From the NCBI GenBank assembly GCA_963825055.1, contig CAWGSK010000009.1, positions 160,001 to 224,000 on the forward strand: 64,000 bases of DNA. Reading direction: 5' to 3'. Numbering within the stretch: position 1 is the first letter of the stretch; every line of letters starts with the position of its first letter. Made by a program: the position numbers and the translations under genes. This document shows, in pieces, positions 47,310-56,108 of this stretch. A model generated the notes under the pieces. The model saw only the letters and a program-made list of their open reading frames with translations, was not told the origin of the DNA and did not search any database. The DNA is from an uncultured Gemmatimonadales bacterium. Its GTDB lineage: Bacteria; Gemmatimonadota; Gemmatimonadetes; Gemmatimonadales; GWC2-71-9.

Positions 47310-48160
47310 CAGCGGCCCTGCAGGATGAGGGGGGGAGTTCGAACGAGACGCCATGCGGCAACGCCGCCCGCCACAACCCCAAGCAGAAGGGACAGCCCCA
47401 CGCTGAATGCGATGACGCCAGGCGTGATTGTGGAGAAGACCAGGGTGGTGGCGAACCGGTACTGGTAGAACGCATTCGTGGCGGCGCTGCCTGCCCAGGC
47501 GAGGAGAATCCCGATCACGCTCCCCAGTCCGGCCACGAGCGTCGCCTCGATCAGGAGCGCGCCGAATACGGTGCGGCGGCTGATCCCCATCAGCCGCAGC
47601 ATGGCGGTGTCGTGCCGCCGCTCTTCCACCTTGAGCAGCATGATGCAGAGCAGGAAGATCGCGCTTGCTACCACCGCAATGACCGCAATCGCACGGTGGA
47701 ACCGGCTGATGACACGGAACGTTGCCGAGGAACCGGACGCCAGCTCCCTGCTCGGCCACGCGTGGTACCCGAAGGCGGCTTCGTTGAGTCGAGCCGCGGC
47801 GGTGTCCGGGTTGGTCCCCGCCGTGAGGCCCACTGCGATGCGGTCCACCGCATCCGGCCGGCCGATGATTCCGCCGAGATCCGGGAGATGCATTCGCAGC
47901 CGGTATTCCTGCTTCATGAGGCTCGACGGATCGGTCTCTGGTTCATACAATGCCCGGACGACAGCGGTGACCGGAGCGGCGCCGGCCTCCGCGACAATGA
48001 GAACCGTGTCACCCGGCTCGAGGTCCAGGGCCTCGGACAGCCGGCGCTCCACCGCGATGTCCACCTCCTGGGCCGGGGCAGTAACGGGGACCAGGGTCAG
48101 CACGAGTGTCAGCGGGAGGAGCCAGAGGACAGGCTGAAACCGGAGAGCGCGACGCGACAT
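47309..48160 (-). CDS. C-terminal half MacB/FtsX permease with signal peptide
   Basis: Signal peptide ending APA-Q, starts mid-periplasmic domain (LDLEPGDTV), VEERRHDTAMLRLMG, three TMs. Confidence 0.8.
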   Translation of the reverse strand: MSRRALRFQPVLWLLPLTLVLTLVPVTAPAQEVDIAVERRLSEALDLEPGDTVLIVAEAGAAPVTAVVRALYEPETDPSSLMKQEYRLRMHLPDLGGIIGRPDAVDRIAVGLTAGTNPDTAAARLNEAAFGYHAWPSRELASGSSATFRVISRFHRAIAVIAVVASAIFLLCIMLLKVEERRHDTAMLRLMGISRRTVFGALLIEATLVAGLGSVIGILLAWAGSAATNAFYQYRFATTLVFSTITPGVIAFSVGLSLLLGVVAGGVAAWRLVRTPPLILQGR

Positions 48161-48302
48161 GTTTCCATTCGGTTCGGGGGTGCGCGAAGTCTAATCGGTG
48201 CCTATTCTTACCGCCCCGCGCAGGGCCATGGCCTGCACAACCTTTTGTCTCCGTCATCGAGTACGATGTTCAAACCGTTGTCACGCCTGACCGCATGGTT
48301 CG

Positions 48303-48581
48303 GTGGAGTACGCCACCTACCTGCATGACCTGGGCAAGAACCGCTTTGACATTTTCGGGGAAGTGGACTTTCGGTTGTTCCGCGGCCTGGAGTTCAACCT
48401 GTATGGCCGCTACTCCCGCGTACGGGACCAGCTCTACCTTCCCGCCGGCGACGCTTCGCCGGAGGAGATCCTGTTGAGCCTGCGACAGCTGCAGACCGGA
48501 TATCAGTACTCGATGGCCGCCGGCCTCAGCTACACCTTTGGGAGCATCTACAACAACGTGGTGAACCCCCGGTTCGACTGA
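48303..48581 (+). pseudogene. C-terminal remnant of an outer-membrane beta-barrel protein
   Basis: YLHD..KNR...RLFRGL...DQLYLP...LSYTFGSIYNNVVNPRF; no signal peptide or N-terminal portion. Confidence 0.6.
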
Positions 48582-48641
48582 GGCTTGTGCGGGGATGGAC
48601 CGATCCCGATATTGGGCCCTTCCCCGGCCTGGAGTATCCCC

Positions 48642-49772
48642 ATGCCCTTTCCCCCCCTTCCCGGGGCGGCGCTGTCACTTGCGGCCGCCGCGATGGTTGC
48701 CGGGTGCGCCGCCACCCCCGCCCCCCGGGGGACGACGCACACCTACTACGTCGCCGCCGATGAGGTCGACTGGGATTATGCCCCTGGCGGGATGAATATC
48801 ATCACGGGCATGCCGATCGACAGCGCGAAACTCAAGAGCGGCCGGAAGGTCCAGGACACGAAATACCACAAGGCGGTGTACCACGAATACACCGACAGCA
48901 CTTTCACCACACGGAAGCCAAGGCCGCCCGAGTGGGAGCACCTGGGCATCCTCGGCCCCGTCCTCCGGGCCGAGGTCGGCGACACCATTCAGGTGGTTTA
49001 CCGGAACAACGCCTCGCATCCCTCGGGCCTGCATCCCCACGGCGTGTTCTACGACAAGGACTCCGAAGGAGCTCCCTACGAGGACGGCACCTCCGGTGCG
49101 GACAAGGCCGATGATGCCGTGCCGCCCGGGGGGACCCACACATATGTCTGGCCGGTGCCCGAGCGGGCCGGCCCGGGCCCGGGCGACCCGAACTCCATCA
49201 TCTGGATGTACCACTCGCACACTGCGGAAGCCGAGGACGTATTCACCGGCCTCATGGGACCGATGATCGTCAGTGCGCCCGGGACGACGAAGCCCGACGG
49301 CACCCCGAAGGGCGTGGACCGGGAGCTGGTCGTCGCCTTCTATCAGATGCGCGAAGACCTGTCCTGGTTCGCGAAGGACAATATGCCGTACCTGTTTGCC
49401 GGTGATGGCCCGGACATTCCTCCCAACCGCTTCACGCCGTTCTTCGACCGGTACTCCATTAACGGGTACACCCACGGCAACCTGCCGGTTTCCACCATGA
49501 CGGTGAAGAAGGGCGAACGGGTACGCTGGTACGTGTTTTCCACCACAGGCGACTTCGACTTCCACACGCCGCACTGGCACGGCAATACCGTCCTCATGCA
49601 CGGAATGCGGACCGACGTGGTGGCAGTGATGCCCATGGAAATGGTCATCGCCGACATGGTGCCGGACAATCCTGGAACGTGGCTCTTTCACTGCCACGTC
49701 TCCGAGCACCTGATCGCGGGAATGCAGGCACGCTATGCGGTAACGGACGAACCAGAGGTGGCAACCCGCTAG
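48642..49772 (+). CDS. Two-domain multicopper oxidase lipoprotein, ceruloplasmin-like
   Basis: HPHG, WMYHSH, FHTPHWHG, WLFHCHVSEHLIAGM; lipobox VAGC. Confidence 0.92.
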   Translation: MPFPPLPGAALSLAAAAMVAGCAATPAPRGTTHTYYVAADEVDWDYAPGGMNIITGMPIDSAKLKSGRKVQDTKYHKAVYHEYTDSTFTTRKPRPPEWEHLGILGPVLRAEVGDTIQVVYRNNASHPSGLHPHGVFYDKDSEGAPYEDGTSGADKADDAVPPGGTHTYVWPVPERAGPGPGDPNSIIWMYHSHTAEAEDVFTGLMGPMIVSAPGTTKPDGTPKGVDRELVVAFYQMREDLSWFAKDNMPYLFAGDGPDIPPNRFTPFFDRYSINGYTHGNLPVSTMTVKKGERVRWYVFSTTGDFDFHTPHWHGNTVLMHGMRTDVVAVMPMEMVIADMVPDNPGTWLFHCHVSEHLIAGMQARYAVTDEPEVATR

Positions 49773-50092
49773 GACTCGGCTGGCTGGTCCTCCCGCACCT
49801 CGTAATGAGCAGACCGCCCGTCGAACCGGGCCAGCAGCGCCCTGGCTTTCGGGGGAACCACAGCACCCTCGAAATCCTCACCGGCGAAGGTGCGCACCGC
49901 ATCCAGGCTGTCGAAGGTCATGATGGTCACAAACTCCACCTCCGCGCCGGCTTCCCGGCGCAGGAGGCGGATCCGGCGAAAACCCGGAATGTTCCGGTCA
50001 CGGATGCCGGTGAAAATCTCCTCGCGCAGCAGGGCCTCATAGGCTTCCGCATTCGCCCGGTTCGTCCAGCCACGCCATATCCGGCAGATCAT
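49769..50092 (-). CDS. ABM-like (antibiotic biosynthesis monooxygenase fold) protein
   Basis: MICRIWRGWT, EFVTIM.FDSLDAVRTFAGED, AVVP, HYEV. Confidence 0.82.
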   Translation of the reverse strand: MICRIWRGWTNRANAEAYEALLREEIFTGIRDRNIPGFRRIRLLRREAGAEVEFVTIMTFDSLDAVRTFAGEDFEGAVVPPKARALLARFDGRSAHYEVREDQPAES

Positions 50093-51177
50093 GCCTCTCC
50101 CCCTCTCCCGGACGATTCCCGGGGCGCCGGAGCCAACGGCGTGCGCAGTGCCTGCCCGGCCATCTCGTCCGCTACCCGGTGCGGGGGACGTCCCTCCGTC
50201 GAGGCCCGCTGCAGGAGGTCGAGCACCCGCGGACCGATTGCCTCCACCGCCTTCCGGGCCTCCCCGGGATCGTAGTGCCCGGCCAGTTCGCCGGCGCCGT
50301 TGATGATGCCCCCGGCGTTGATCACGTAGTCGGGCACATAGAGAATGTCCCGCTCCCACAGCGCGTCGCCATGCCGATCCAGGGCGAGCTGGTTGTTGGC
50401 GGCGCCGGCGACGATGCCGACGCGCAGTCGCGGGATGGTCTCGTCATCCAGGATCCCTCCCAGGGCACAGGGAGCGAAGATATCGCCCTCGGCATCGTAC
50501 ACCTGGTCCGTCCTCACCACATCGCAGCCGAGTTCCTTTGCCAGCCCCTGCACGCGAGCGGTGTCGGGATCGGCCAGCGTCACGCGGGCGCCGTCCTCAT
50601 GCAGCATGCGGCAGAGCTCGCTTCCCACGGCGCCCGTGCCCTGCACCATCACGCGGAGTCCCTCCAGGGACGACCGGCCCAGGCGATGCTGCACGGCGGC
50701 GAGCATGGCGACGAACACCCCGCGGGCGGTGTGAGGTGAGGGATCGCCGCTCGCGGCGTCGCCTGAAAGCAGGCCGGTGACATGCCGGGTCCGCCGGCCC
50801 ATGATCTCCACGTCCGCCGAACCGATACCCACGTCCTCCGCCACGATGTAGCGGCCGCCCAGCCGTTCCACGAAGGCACCGAAGGCCTCCAGCAGGGCCT
50901 CCGTCTTCTCCCGTTTCGCGTCCCCGATGATGACCGACTTCCCTCCCCCGAACGGCAGGCCGGCCATGACGGACTTGTAGCTCATGCCGCGGGAAAGCCT
51001 GAGCACATCCTCGAGGGCTGCGTCGTCGGAGGCGTATGGCCACATGCGGCAGCCGCCGACGGCGGGGCCCCGGCTGGTGTCGTGGAGGGCAATGATGCCC
51101 CGGAGCCCGGTAGCGGGATCGTGGCAGAACACCACCATCTCGTGGTCGCGGAAGGCAGGGGCATTGAAAACCGTCAT
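50089..51177 (-). CDS. Glu/Leu/Phe/Val dehydrogenase (leucine dehydrogenase-like)
   Basis: GGCRM, GMSYK, GGGKSVI, AEDVG, GDPSPHTA, GTGAVG, PCALG, GAANNQ, PDYVINAGG. Confidence 0.93.
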   Translation of the reverse strand: MTVFNAPAFRDHEMVVFCHDPATGLRGIIALHDTSRGPAVGGCRMWPYASDDAALEDVLRLSRGMSYKSVMAGLPFGGGKSVIIGDAKREKTEALLEAFGAFVERLGGRYIVAEDVGIGSADVEIMGRRTRHVTGLLSGDAASGDPSPHTARGVFVAMLAAVQHRLGRSSLEGLRVMVQGTGAVGSELCRMLHEDGARVTLADPDTARVQGLAKELGCDVVRTDQVYDAEGDIFAPCALGGILDDETIPRLRVGIVAGAANNQLALDRHGDALWERDILYVPDYVINAGGIINGAGELAGHYDPGEARKAVEAIGPRVLDLLQRASTEGRPPHRVADEMAGQALRTPLAPAPRESSGRGGEA

Positions 51178-51199
51178 GTCGGGTCCGTGCGAATCGTGA

Positions 51200-52558
51200 T
51201 CAGGCGCCCAGGACAGTGAGCCACAGCAGCCAGGCGTTGAGCCCCACGATGATAACCGCAACGAGCCACGCGAGCAGCTTGAGTACCGGCCCGTTCGCAA
51301 AGCCGCCCATCTTGGCCCGGTCACTCGTGAAGATGACGAGCGGAATCACGGCAAACGGGAGCTGGAGGCTCAGGATCACCTGACTCAGGATGAGCAGCTT
51401 CGTCGTGCCGGCGGCGCCGGAGATGGCCGTGACAATCACCGCGGGAATGATGGCGATCATCCGCGTGATCAGGCGCCGGAGCCAGGGAGGAAGGCGGATG
51501 TCCAGGAAGCCCTCCATCACGATCTGGCCGGCGAGGGTCCCCGTGATCGTGGAGTTCTGGCCCGACGCCAGGAGGGCCACCGCGAACAGGGTGCTGGCCA
51601 GGGTCGTCCCCAGCAGGGGGGCGAGCAGCTTGTGGGCTTCCGAGATGTCTTCCACGGCGTGCAGGCCGTTCGTGTGGAAGATTGCCGCGGACATGACAAG
51701 GATCGCGCCATTGATGAAGAAGGCGAAGAAGAGCGCCACCGTACTGTCGAACGTGGCATAGCGGATGCCTTCCCGCAGCGACGCCTCATCCTCGCCGAGC
51801 TTCCGGGTCTGCACCACCGCGGAGTGGAGGTAGAGGTTGTGGGGCATGACCGTGGCACCCAGGATCCCGATCGCGATGTACAGCATCCCCTGGTTCTTGA
51901 CGATCTCCGGCGTGGGGACGAGACCCCCGAGGAGCTCACCGAGGGCCGGCTGGGAGAGGACGAGCTCGACCCCGAAGCAGATCCCGATGACTGCGACCAG
52001 GGCGATCACGAAGGCCTCGAGATAACGGAAGCCCCTGTGCTGGAGCAGCAGGATCAGCAGGACATCGATCGCCGTCAGGCACACTCCCCACAGCAGGGGG
52101 ATACCGAACAGCAGGTTCAGGGCGATGGCGGAGCCGATGACCTCGGCCAGGTCGCACGCGCCAATCGCGATCTCGCAGAGTATCCAGAGAAAGAAGCTGA
52201 AGGGCCGGCTGTAATGATCGCGGCAGGCCTGGGCGAGGTCCCGGCCAGTCACGAGTCCGAGCCTCACGGTCAGGGCCTGGAGCAGCATCGCCATCAGGTT
52301 GGACAGGAGGATGACACTGAGCAGCGCGTAACCGAACTGCGCCCCGCCGGCGAGATCGGTTGCCCAGTTGCCGGGGTCCATGTACCCCACCGCCACGAGA
52401 TAGCCGGGTCCGGCAAAGGCCAGAAGCTTCCGGAAGACCCCTGCTCCGGCAGGGACGGTGATCGTCTGGAAGGACTCCGGCAGGGACGGAGCGCGGCGGG
52501 GGAACCGCCAGCCGCGTCCGGACGGCAGGATCATCCCGGCCGGTGCGCTGTCACTCAC
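51200..52558 (-). CDS. mntH: Nramp-family Mn2+/Fe2+ transporter
   Basis: [39 protein letters not shown]. Confidence 0.95.
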   Translation of the reverse strand: MSDSAPAGMILPSGRGWRFPRRAPSLPESFQTITVPAGAGVFRKLLAFAGPGYLVAVGYMDPGNWATDLAGGAQFGYALLSVILLSNLMAMLLQALTVRLGLVTGRDLAQACRDHYSRPFSFFLWILCEIAIGACDLAEVIGSAIALNLLFGIPLLWGVCLTAIDVLLILLLQHRGFRYLEAFVIALVAVIGICFGVELVLSQPALGELLGGLVPTPEIVKNQGMLYIAIGILGATVMPHNLYLHSAVVQTRKLGEDEASLREGIRYATFDSTVALFFAFFINGAILVMSAAIFHTNGLHAVEDISEAHKLLAPLLGTTLASTLFAVALLASGQNSTITGTLAGQIVMEGFLDIRLPPWLRRLITRMIAIIPAVIVTAISGAAGTTKLLILSQVILSLQLPFAVIPLVIFTSDRAKMGGFANGPVLKLLAWLVAVIIVGLNAWLLWLTVLGA

Positions 52559-53246
52559 CCGGGTCCTCCCCGGGACTGGCGCAGAGCACGAGTTCGGCGA
52601 TCTCATGGCCGATCACGCGCTCACTTCCCTCCACCTCGAGCCTGATGGGGCCCTGGAAAGGCTGGCGTTCGAGCAGCCGGACCTGCGCGCCGGGCGTGAG
52701 GCCCTGCTCAGCGAGATAGCGGAGGTGACCCGAGTCGCTCGAGTCGACCCGGCGGATCGTCACCCTGTCCCCTTCACGCACCCTGGCGAGCGGGACGTAT
52801 CGGACCTGCGCGATCGTGCCGTCCGCCTCAGGAATCGGGTCACCGTGGGGATCAAAGCGGGGATTGCCGAGCGCCCCCGCCATGCGATCAATCAGTTCAT
52901 CGCTGACGGCGTGTTCGAGCCGCTCCGCCTCCTCATGCACGGTATCCCAGTCATAACCGAGGCGGTCAACCAGGTAACTCTCGATGATGCGATGGCGGCG
53001 GAGCATCCGGAGGGCAATCAGACGGCCCTCGCTGGTCAGTTCCACCCCGCGGTAGGGGGAGTGGCGCACGAGGCCCTGTTCGGCGAGGCGCTTGATCATC
53101 CCGCTTACCGAGGGGGCTGACAGCTCAAGACCCCGGGCAATGTCAGTCGTGGCGGCAGGTCCACCGGCGGCGAGGCTGAGGCGGTAGATCGCCTTGAGAT
53201 AGTCCTCGACCGAGCGGGTCAGCAACTCCTGATGGGAAACGACCAA
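52551..53246 (-). CDS. mntR: DtxR/MntR-family metal-dependent repressor with FeoA domain
   Basis: [34 protein letters not shown]. Start probably TTG 53246, because the ORF-track start lies within the promoter. Confidence 0.9.
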   Translation of the reverse strand: MVVSHQELLTRSVEDYLKAIYRLSLAAGGPAATTDIARGLELSAPSVSGMIKRLAEQGLVRHSPYRGVELTSEGRLIALRMLRRHRIIESYLVDRLGYDWDTVHEEAERLEHAVSDELIDRMAGALGNPRFDPHGDPIPEADGTIAQVRYVPLARVREGDRVTIRRVDSSDSGHLRYLAEQGLTPGAQVRLLERQPFQGPIRLEVEGSERVIGHEIAELVLCASPGEDPGE

Positions 53247-53260
53247 AGCGCACCGCCATG

Positions 53261-53304
53261 AATTAGGTGCGCCTAAACTATCAATGCGCCGCAACTAATG
53301 TCAA
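53261..53304 (-). promoter_or_regulatory. Promoter TTGACA-N18-TAGTTT (TGn-extended) with overlapping DtxR/MntR-like operator
   Basis: -35 at 53304-53299, -10 at 53280-53275; palindrome TTAGG-TGCG-CCTAA at 53263-53276. Confidence 0.78.
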
Positions 53305-53349
53305 TGTTAGTCTGGATAAAATCGTGGAGTGCTCTGAAGCTGCTGCCGT

Positions 53350-53913
53350 TTACGCCAGCAGGTCAAACATGGAAGTGAGTACCCGCTCAGTCATTCCCCA
53401 GACTACGTTGTCATCATGGAGATATGCCGGCACGACGCGGGGCGTGCCGAGAACCTCGATGGTGACGTCCTGCCTGGTTCCACGGTGCCTGAGGTGCTCA
53501 ACCCCGGCCCACTGGGCGAAGGCGACCTCATGGTTCGGCCTGGGAGTCGGCCGAGCGTCGAGGCCGAAGACGAAGGGGCGCACCAGCATAGTGGTGAGGG
53601 ACCGGCTCCTCGGGGCGACGTCGGGCAGCTGCCCCAGAAGAGATTCCCGCGGCAGATGGAGGCCGACCTCCTCCTGCGTCTCACGAATGGCAGTTGTGAG
53701 TAAGTCCTCATCCGCTTCTTCGCGCCTTCCGCCGGGAAGCGCCATGTGCCCGGACCAGGGGTCTCCGAAACGCTCGGCACGACGAATGAGCAGGATGGAA
53801 TCGGGGTCGGGGCCAAGGATCAGGGCAACGGAGGCCAGTGTCGGCGCGGCCGGCTCGGATCCGGAACCAACCCGCTGGAGGGCACCGCGAACCTCGTCCT
53901 GAAACAAGCTCAA
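53350..53913 (-). CDS. CoA pyrophosphatase (NUDIX)
   Basis: DPWSGHMALPGGRRE..D..LL.TAIRETQEEVG, VWGMT. Confidence 0.9.
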   Translation of the reverse strand: MSLFQDEVRGALQRVGSGSEPAAPTLASVALILGPDPDSILLIRRAERFGDPWSGHMALPGGRREEADEDLLTTAIRETQEEVGLHLPRESLLGQLPDVAPRSRSLTTMLVRPFVFGLDARPTPRPNHEVAFAQWAGVEHLRHRGTRQDVTIEVLGTPRVVPAYLHDDNVVWGMTERVLTSMFDLLA

Positions 53914-54122
53914 TGGCAGGAACACCCCCCTGAACAGCCTCCCGGGGGGCCGAGGCCGCTCACGTCGGGCATCCGGTTCGCCCCGGCCGTGGGCGCGGGA
54001 GCGGAGAGGAGCCGTTCGACCTCCCGGGTCCCGCAACCGGGACATTCCGGCTCCTGCCCGGCACGGACCAGGGTTTCGAACTGCCGGCCGCAGCCGGGAC
54101 AGCGGAATTCATAAATGGGCAT
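53910..54122 (-). CDS. FmdB-family zinc-ribbon protein
   Basis: MPIYEFRCPGCG..FE...CPGCG...ERLLS. Confidence 0.92.
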   Translation of the reverse strand: MPIYEFRCPGCGRQFETLVRAGQEPECPGCGTREVERLLSAPAPTAGANRMPDVSGLGPPGGCSGGCSCH

Positions 54123-54124
54123 GC

Positions 54125-54968
54125 TCAGCTCACGAGGTGCCGCGACAGGAACGAAACCGTGGCCTCGAACGCCTCGGTGACTTCGGGTCCGGCCCCCTTC
54201 CATGGATGGACGGCGTTGAATGTGTGACCGGCTCCGGAAATCACCAGCAGGCTGGTCGATTCCCGGCTGCTGGCCGCCAGGAGGGCCCGGGCATCGTCCA
54301 GCCCGACCGTCTCGTCCTCCGCTCCGTGAACAATGAGCCAGGGCACCTCGATCCCCGCCGCCGCCTTGAGGATGTTCAGGCGGCCCTCCCCGTCTTTCTC
54401 GATATCGTCCAGCACATCCGTCAGCAGCGGGAAGACCTGGCCCGTACGACTGTTCTGGATGTTCACGTGGCCCCTGCGGCGCCAGGCGGCTTTCGCCTCG
54501 TCTGACCAGCGATCTACGGTGGCGATCGCGGACCAGGTCACCAGCGCACGCACCCGGTCGTCACTTGAGGTCTGGAGAACGGCCATCCCACCGCCGCGGC
54601 TGTGGCCAACCAGCGGCGATCGCCGTCGGGGCCGGCACACCGAGCTCCCCCGCGGCCAGGGAGGAGATCACCCGGTCCACGTCCACCAGCTCGGCGGAAT
54701 AGGTGTTCCGGCCGAAGTGCTCCTCCCGAGTGAAGTCGCCGGCATCGTCCGCACCCGATCCGCTCATGTTGAACGACACTGCCGTCATGCCCGCCTTCGC
54801 GATCCGCTCGGCGAGCGGCGGGAACATGCCCCAGTCCTTGAATCCCTTGAAGCCGTGAACGATGACGACGGCCGGACGCGGCGCCGTGCGCCCCCCAGCC
54901 CTGACGTCGATGATGACCGGACCGAGTGCGCCCGGAATCTCGTGCTTGCTCAGTGTCGGTGTGGCCAT
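54125..54968 (-). pseudogene. Alpha/beta hydrolase interrupted by a +1 frameshift near 54615 (real or sequencing error)
   Basis: N-half (HGFKGFKDWG) and C-half (GHSRGG, HG..DETV, AGHTF) are in different frames; removing one base gives PTAIALVGHSRGG. Confidence 0.75.
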
Positions 54969-54980
54969 GGTTCCTTTCAG

Positions 54981-55056
54981 GCGGTCAGGCGGTCAGGCGG
55001 TCAGGTGGTCAGGCGGTCGGGCGGTCGGGACGATACCCGATACCCCATACCCCTCA
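54981..55056. repeat. Octamer (GCGGTCAG-like) x6 followed by a CCCGATA-like heptamer arm
   Basis: Read directly from the sequence. Confidence 0.9.
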
Positions 55057-56001
55057 CACCACCGCCCCCTCCACGATCTCGACCTCCCCCGCCGTCGCAT
55101 CCAACCGGACCCGGGCGCCGATCGGGAGCGTCCACTGGTCGTCGATGTGCCCGATGGGAAAACCGTAGGCGACCGGAACATCGAGGGGGGTGAAGTAGGT
55201 GGCCAGAACCTCGTCGAAGCCGAGCGCCCCGTCGCCCGTGCTCCGGTCGAGGTCCGTGAACCGTCCCACGATGACCCCCCTGAGGCGGGAGAGCGCCCCG
55301 GCCATTCGCAGGTGGGCCAGCATCCGGTCGACCGAGTAGAGGTCTTCGCCCACATCCTCGATGAACAGGATTGCCCCGTCGAAATCGGGGGCGTAGCGGG
55401 TTCCGATCAGGCATTGCAGGAGGCTCAGGTTTCCCCCCACCAGGTGCCCCTCCGCGGTGCCGGGAACGAGCGTCACGATCCGGGGCTCCTTCGGGACCAG
55501 GACATCCGCCGGCGGGGCGATGCGGCCGAGCTGGCCCGCCTCCGCGGTACTCGTGAGGACGCGGTCGAAGTGCCAGCGGCTGAACGGGGTCAGGCTGGAA
55601 CGGCTCATCGGACCGTGGAACGTGACCACGCCTGTGGTCCGGGTCACTGCATTGAGCAGGGCTGTGATATCACTGTAACCGATGATGACGCGTGGCCTGC
55701 GGCTCACCGCCTGGAAATCGACCGCATCGAGAATGCGCGTCATGCCGTAACCGCCACGGAGGCACCAGACCGCGTCTATCGAAGGACTGCCGAGCGCCCA
55801 GTTCAGGTCTTCCACCCGCTCCTCGTCGGTGCCCGCCAGGTAGCCGTACCGGCTTCCGGCGTGCGGTGTGAGGACCGCCTCGTACCCCAGCGCCTGGCAG
55901 AGCTCCACGCCGCGGGTCAGGTCATCCTGCTCCAGGAGGGGGCCGGCGGGTGCCACGAGGGCGATACGACTCCCCGAACGCAGCTTTGGCGGACGTACCA
56001 T
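55054..56001 (-). CDS. LD-carboxypeptidase (peptidase S66)
   Basis: YLAGTDEER, RGGYG, GYSDIT, HGPM, GGNL, IEDVGE, PIGH. Confidence 0.93.
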   Translation of the reverse strand: MVRPPKLRSGSRIALVAPAGPLLEQDDLTRGVELCQALGYEAVLTPHAGSRYGYLAGTDEERVEDLNWALGSPSIDAVWCLRGGYGMTRILDAVDFQAVSRRPRVIIGYSDITALLNAVTRTTGVVTFHGPMSRSSLTPFSRWHFDRVLTSTAEAGQLGRIAPPADVLVPKEPRIVTLVPGTAEGHLVGGNLSLLQCLIGTRYAPDFDGAILFIEDVGEDLYSVDRMLAHLRMAGALSRLRGVIVGRFTDLDRSTGDGALGFDEVLATYFTPLDVPVAYGFPIGHIDDQWTLPIGARVRLDATAGEVEIVEGAVV

Positions 56002-56108
56002 GCGCTTTGACCCCATCAACACTCCCGGGTAAATTGACCACTCCCTACTTCCGCCGGAGAACCGACCTGAGCGTCTCCCAACCTGCCCTGCTCGCGACGG
56101 GCCGAACG

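Noticed and set aside
52558..53304. yybP-ykoY Mn riboswitch for mntH
   Set aside because: No conserved motif seen and no leader space; regulation is explained by the operator.
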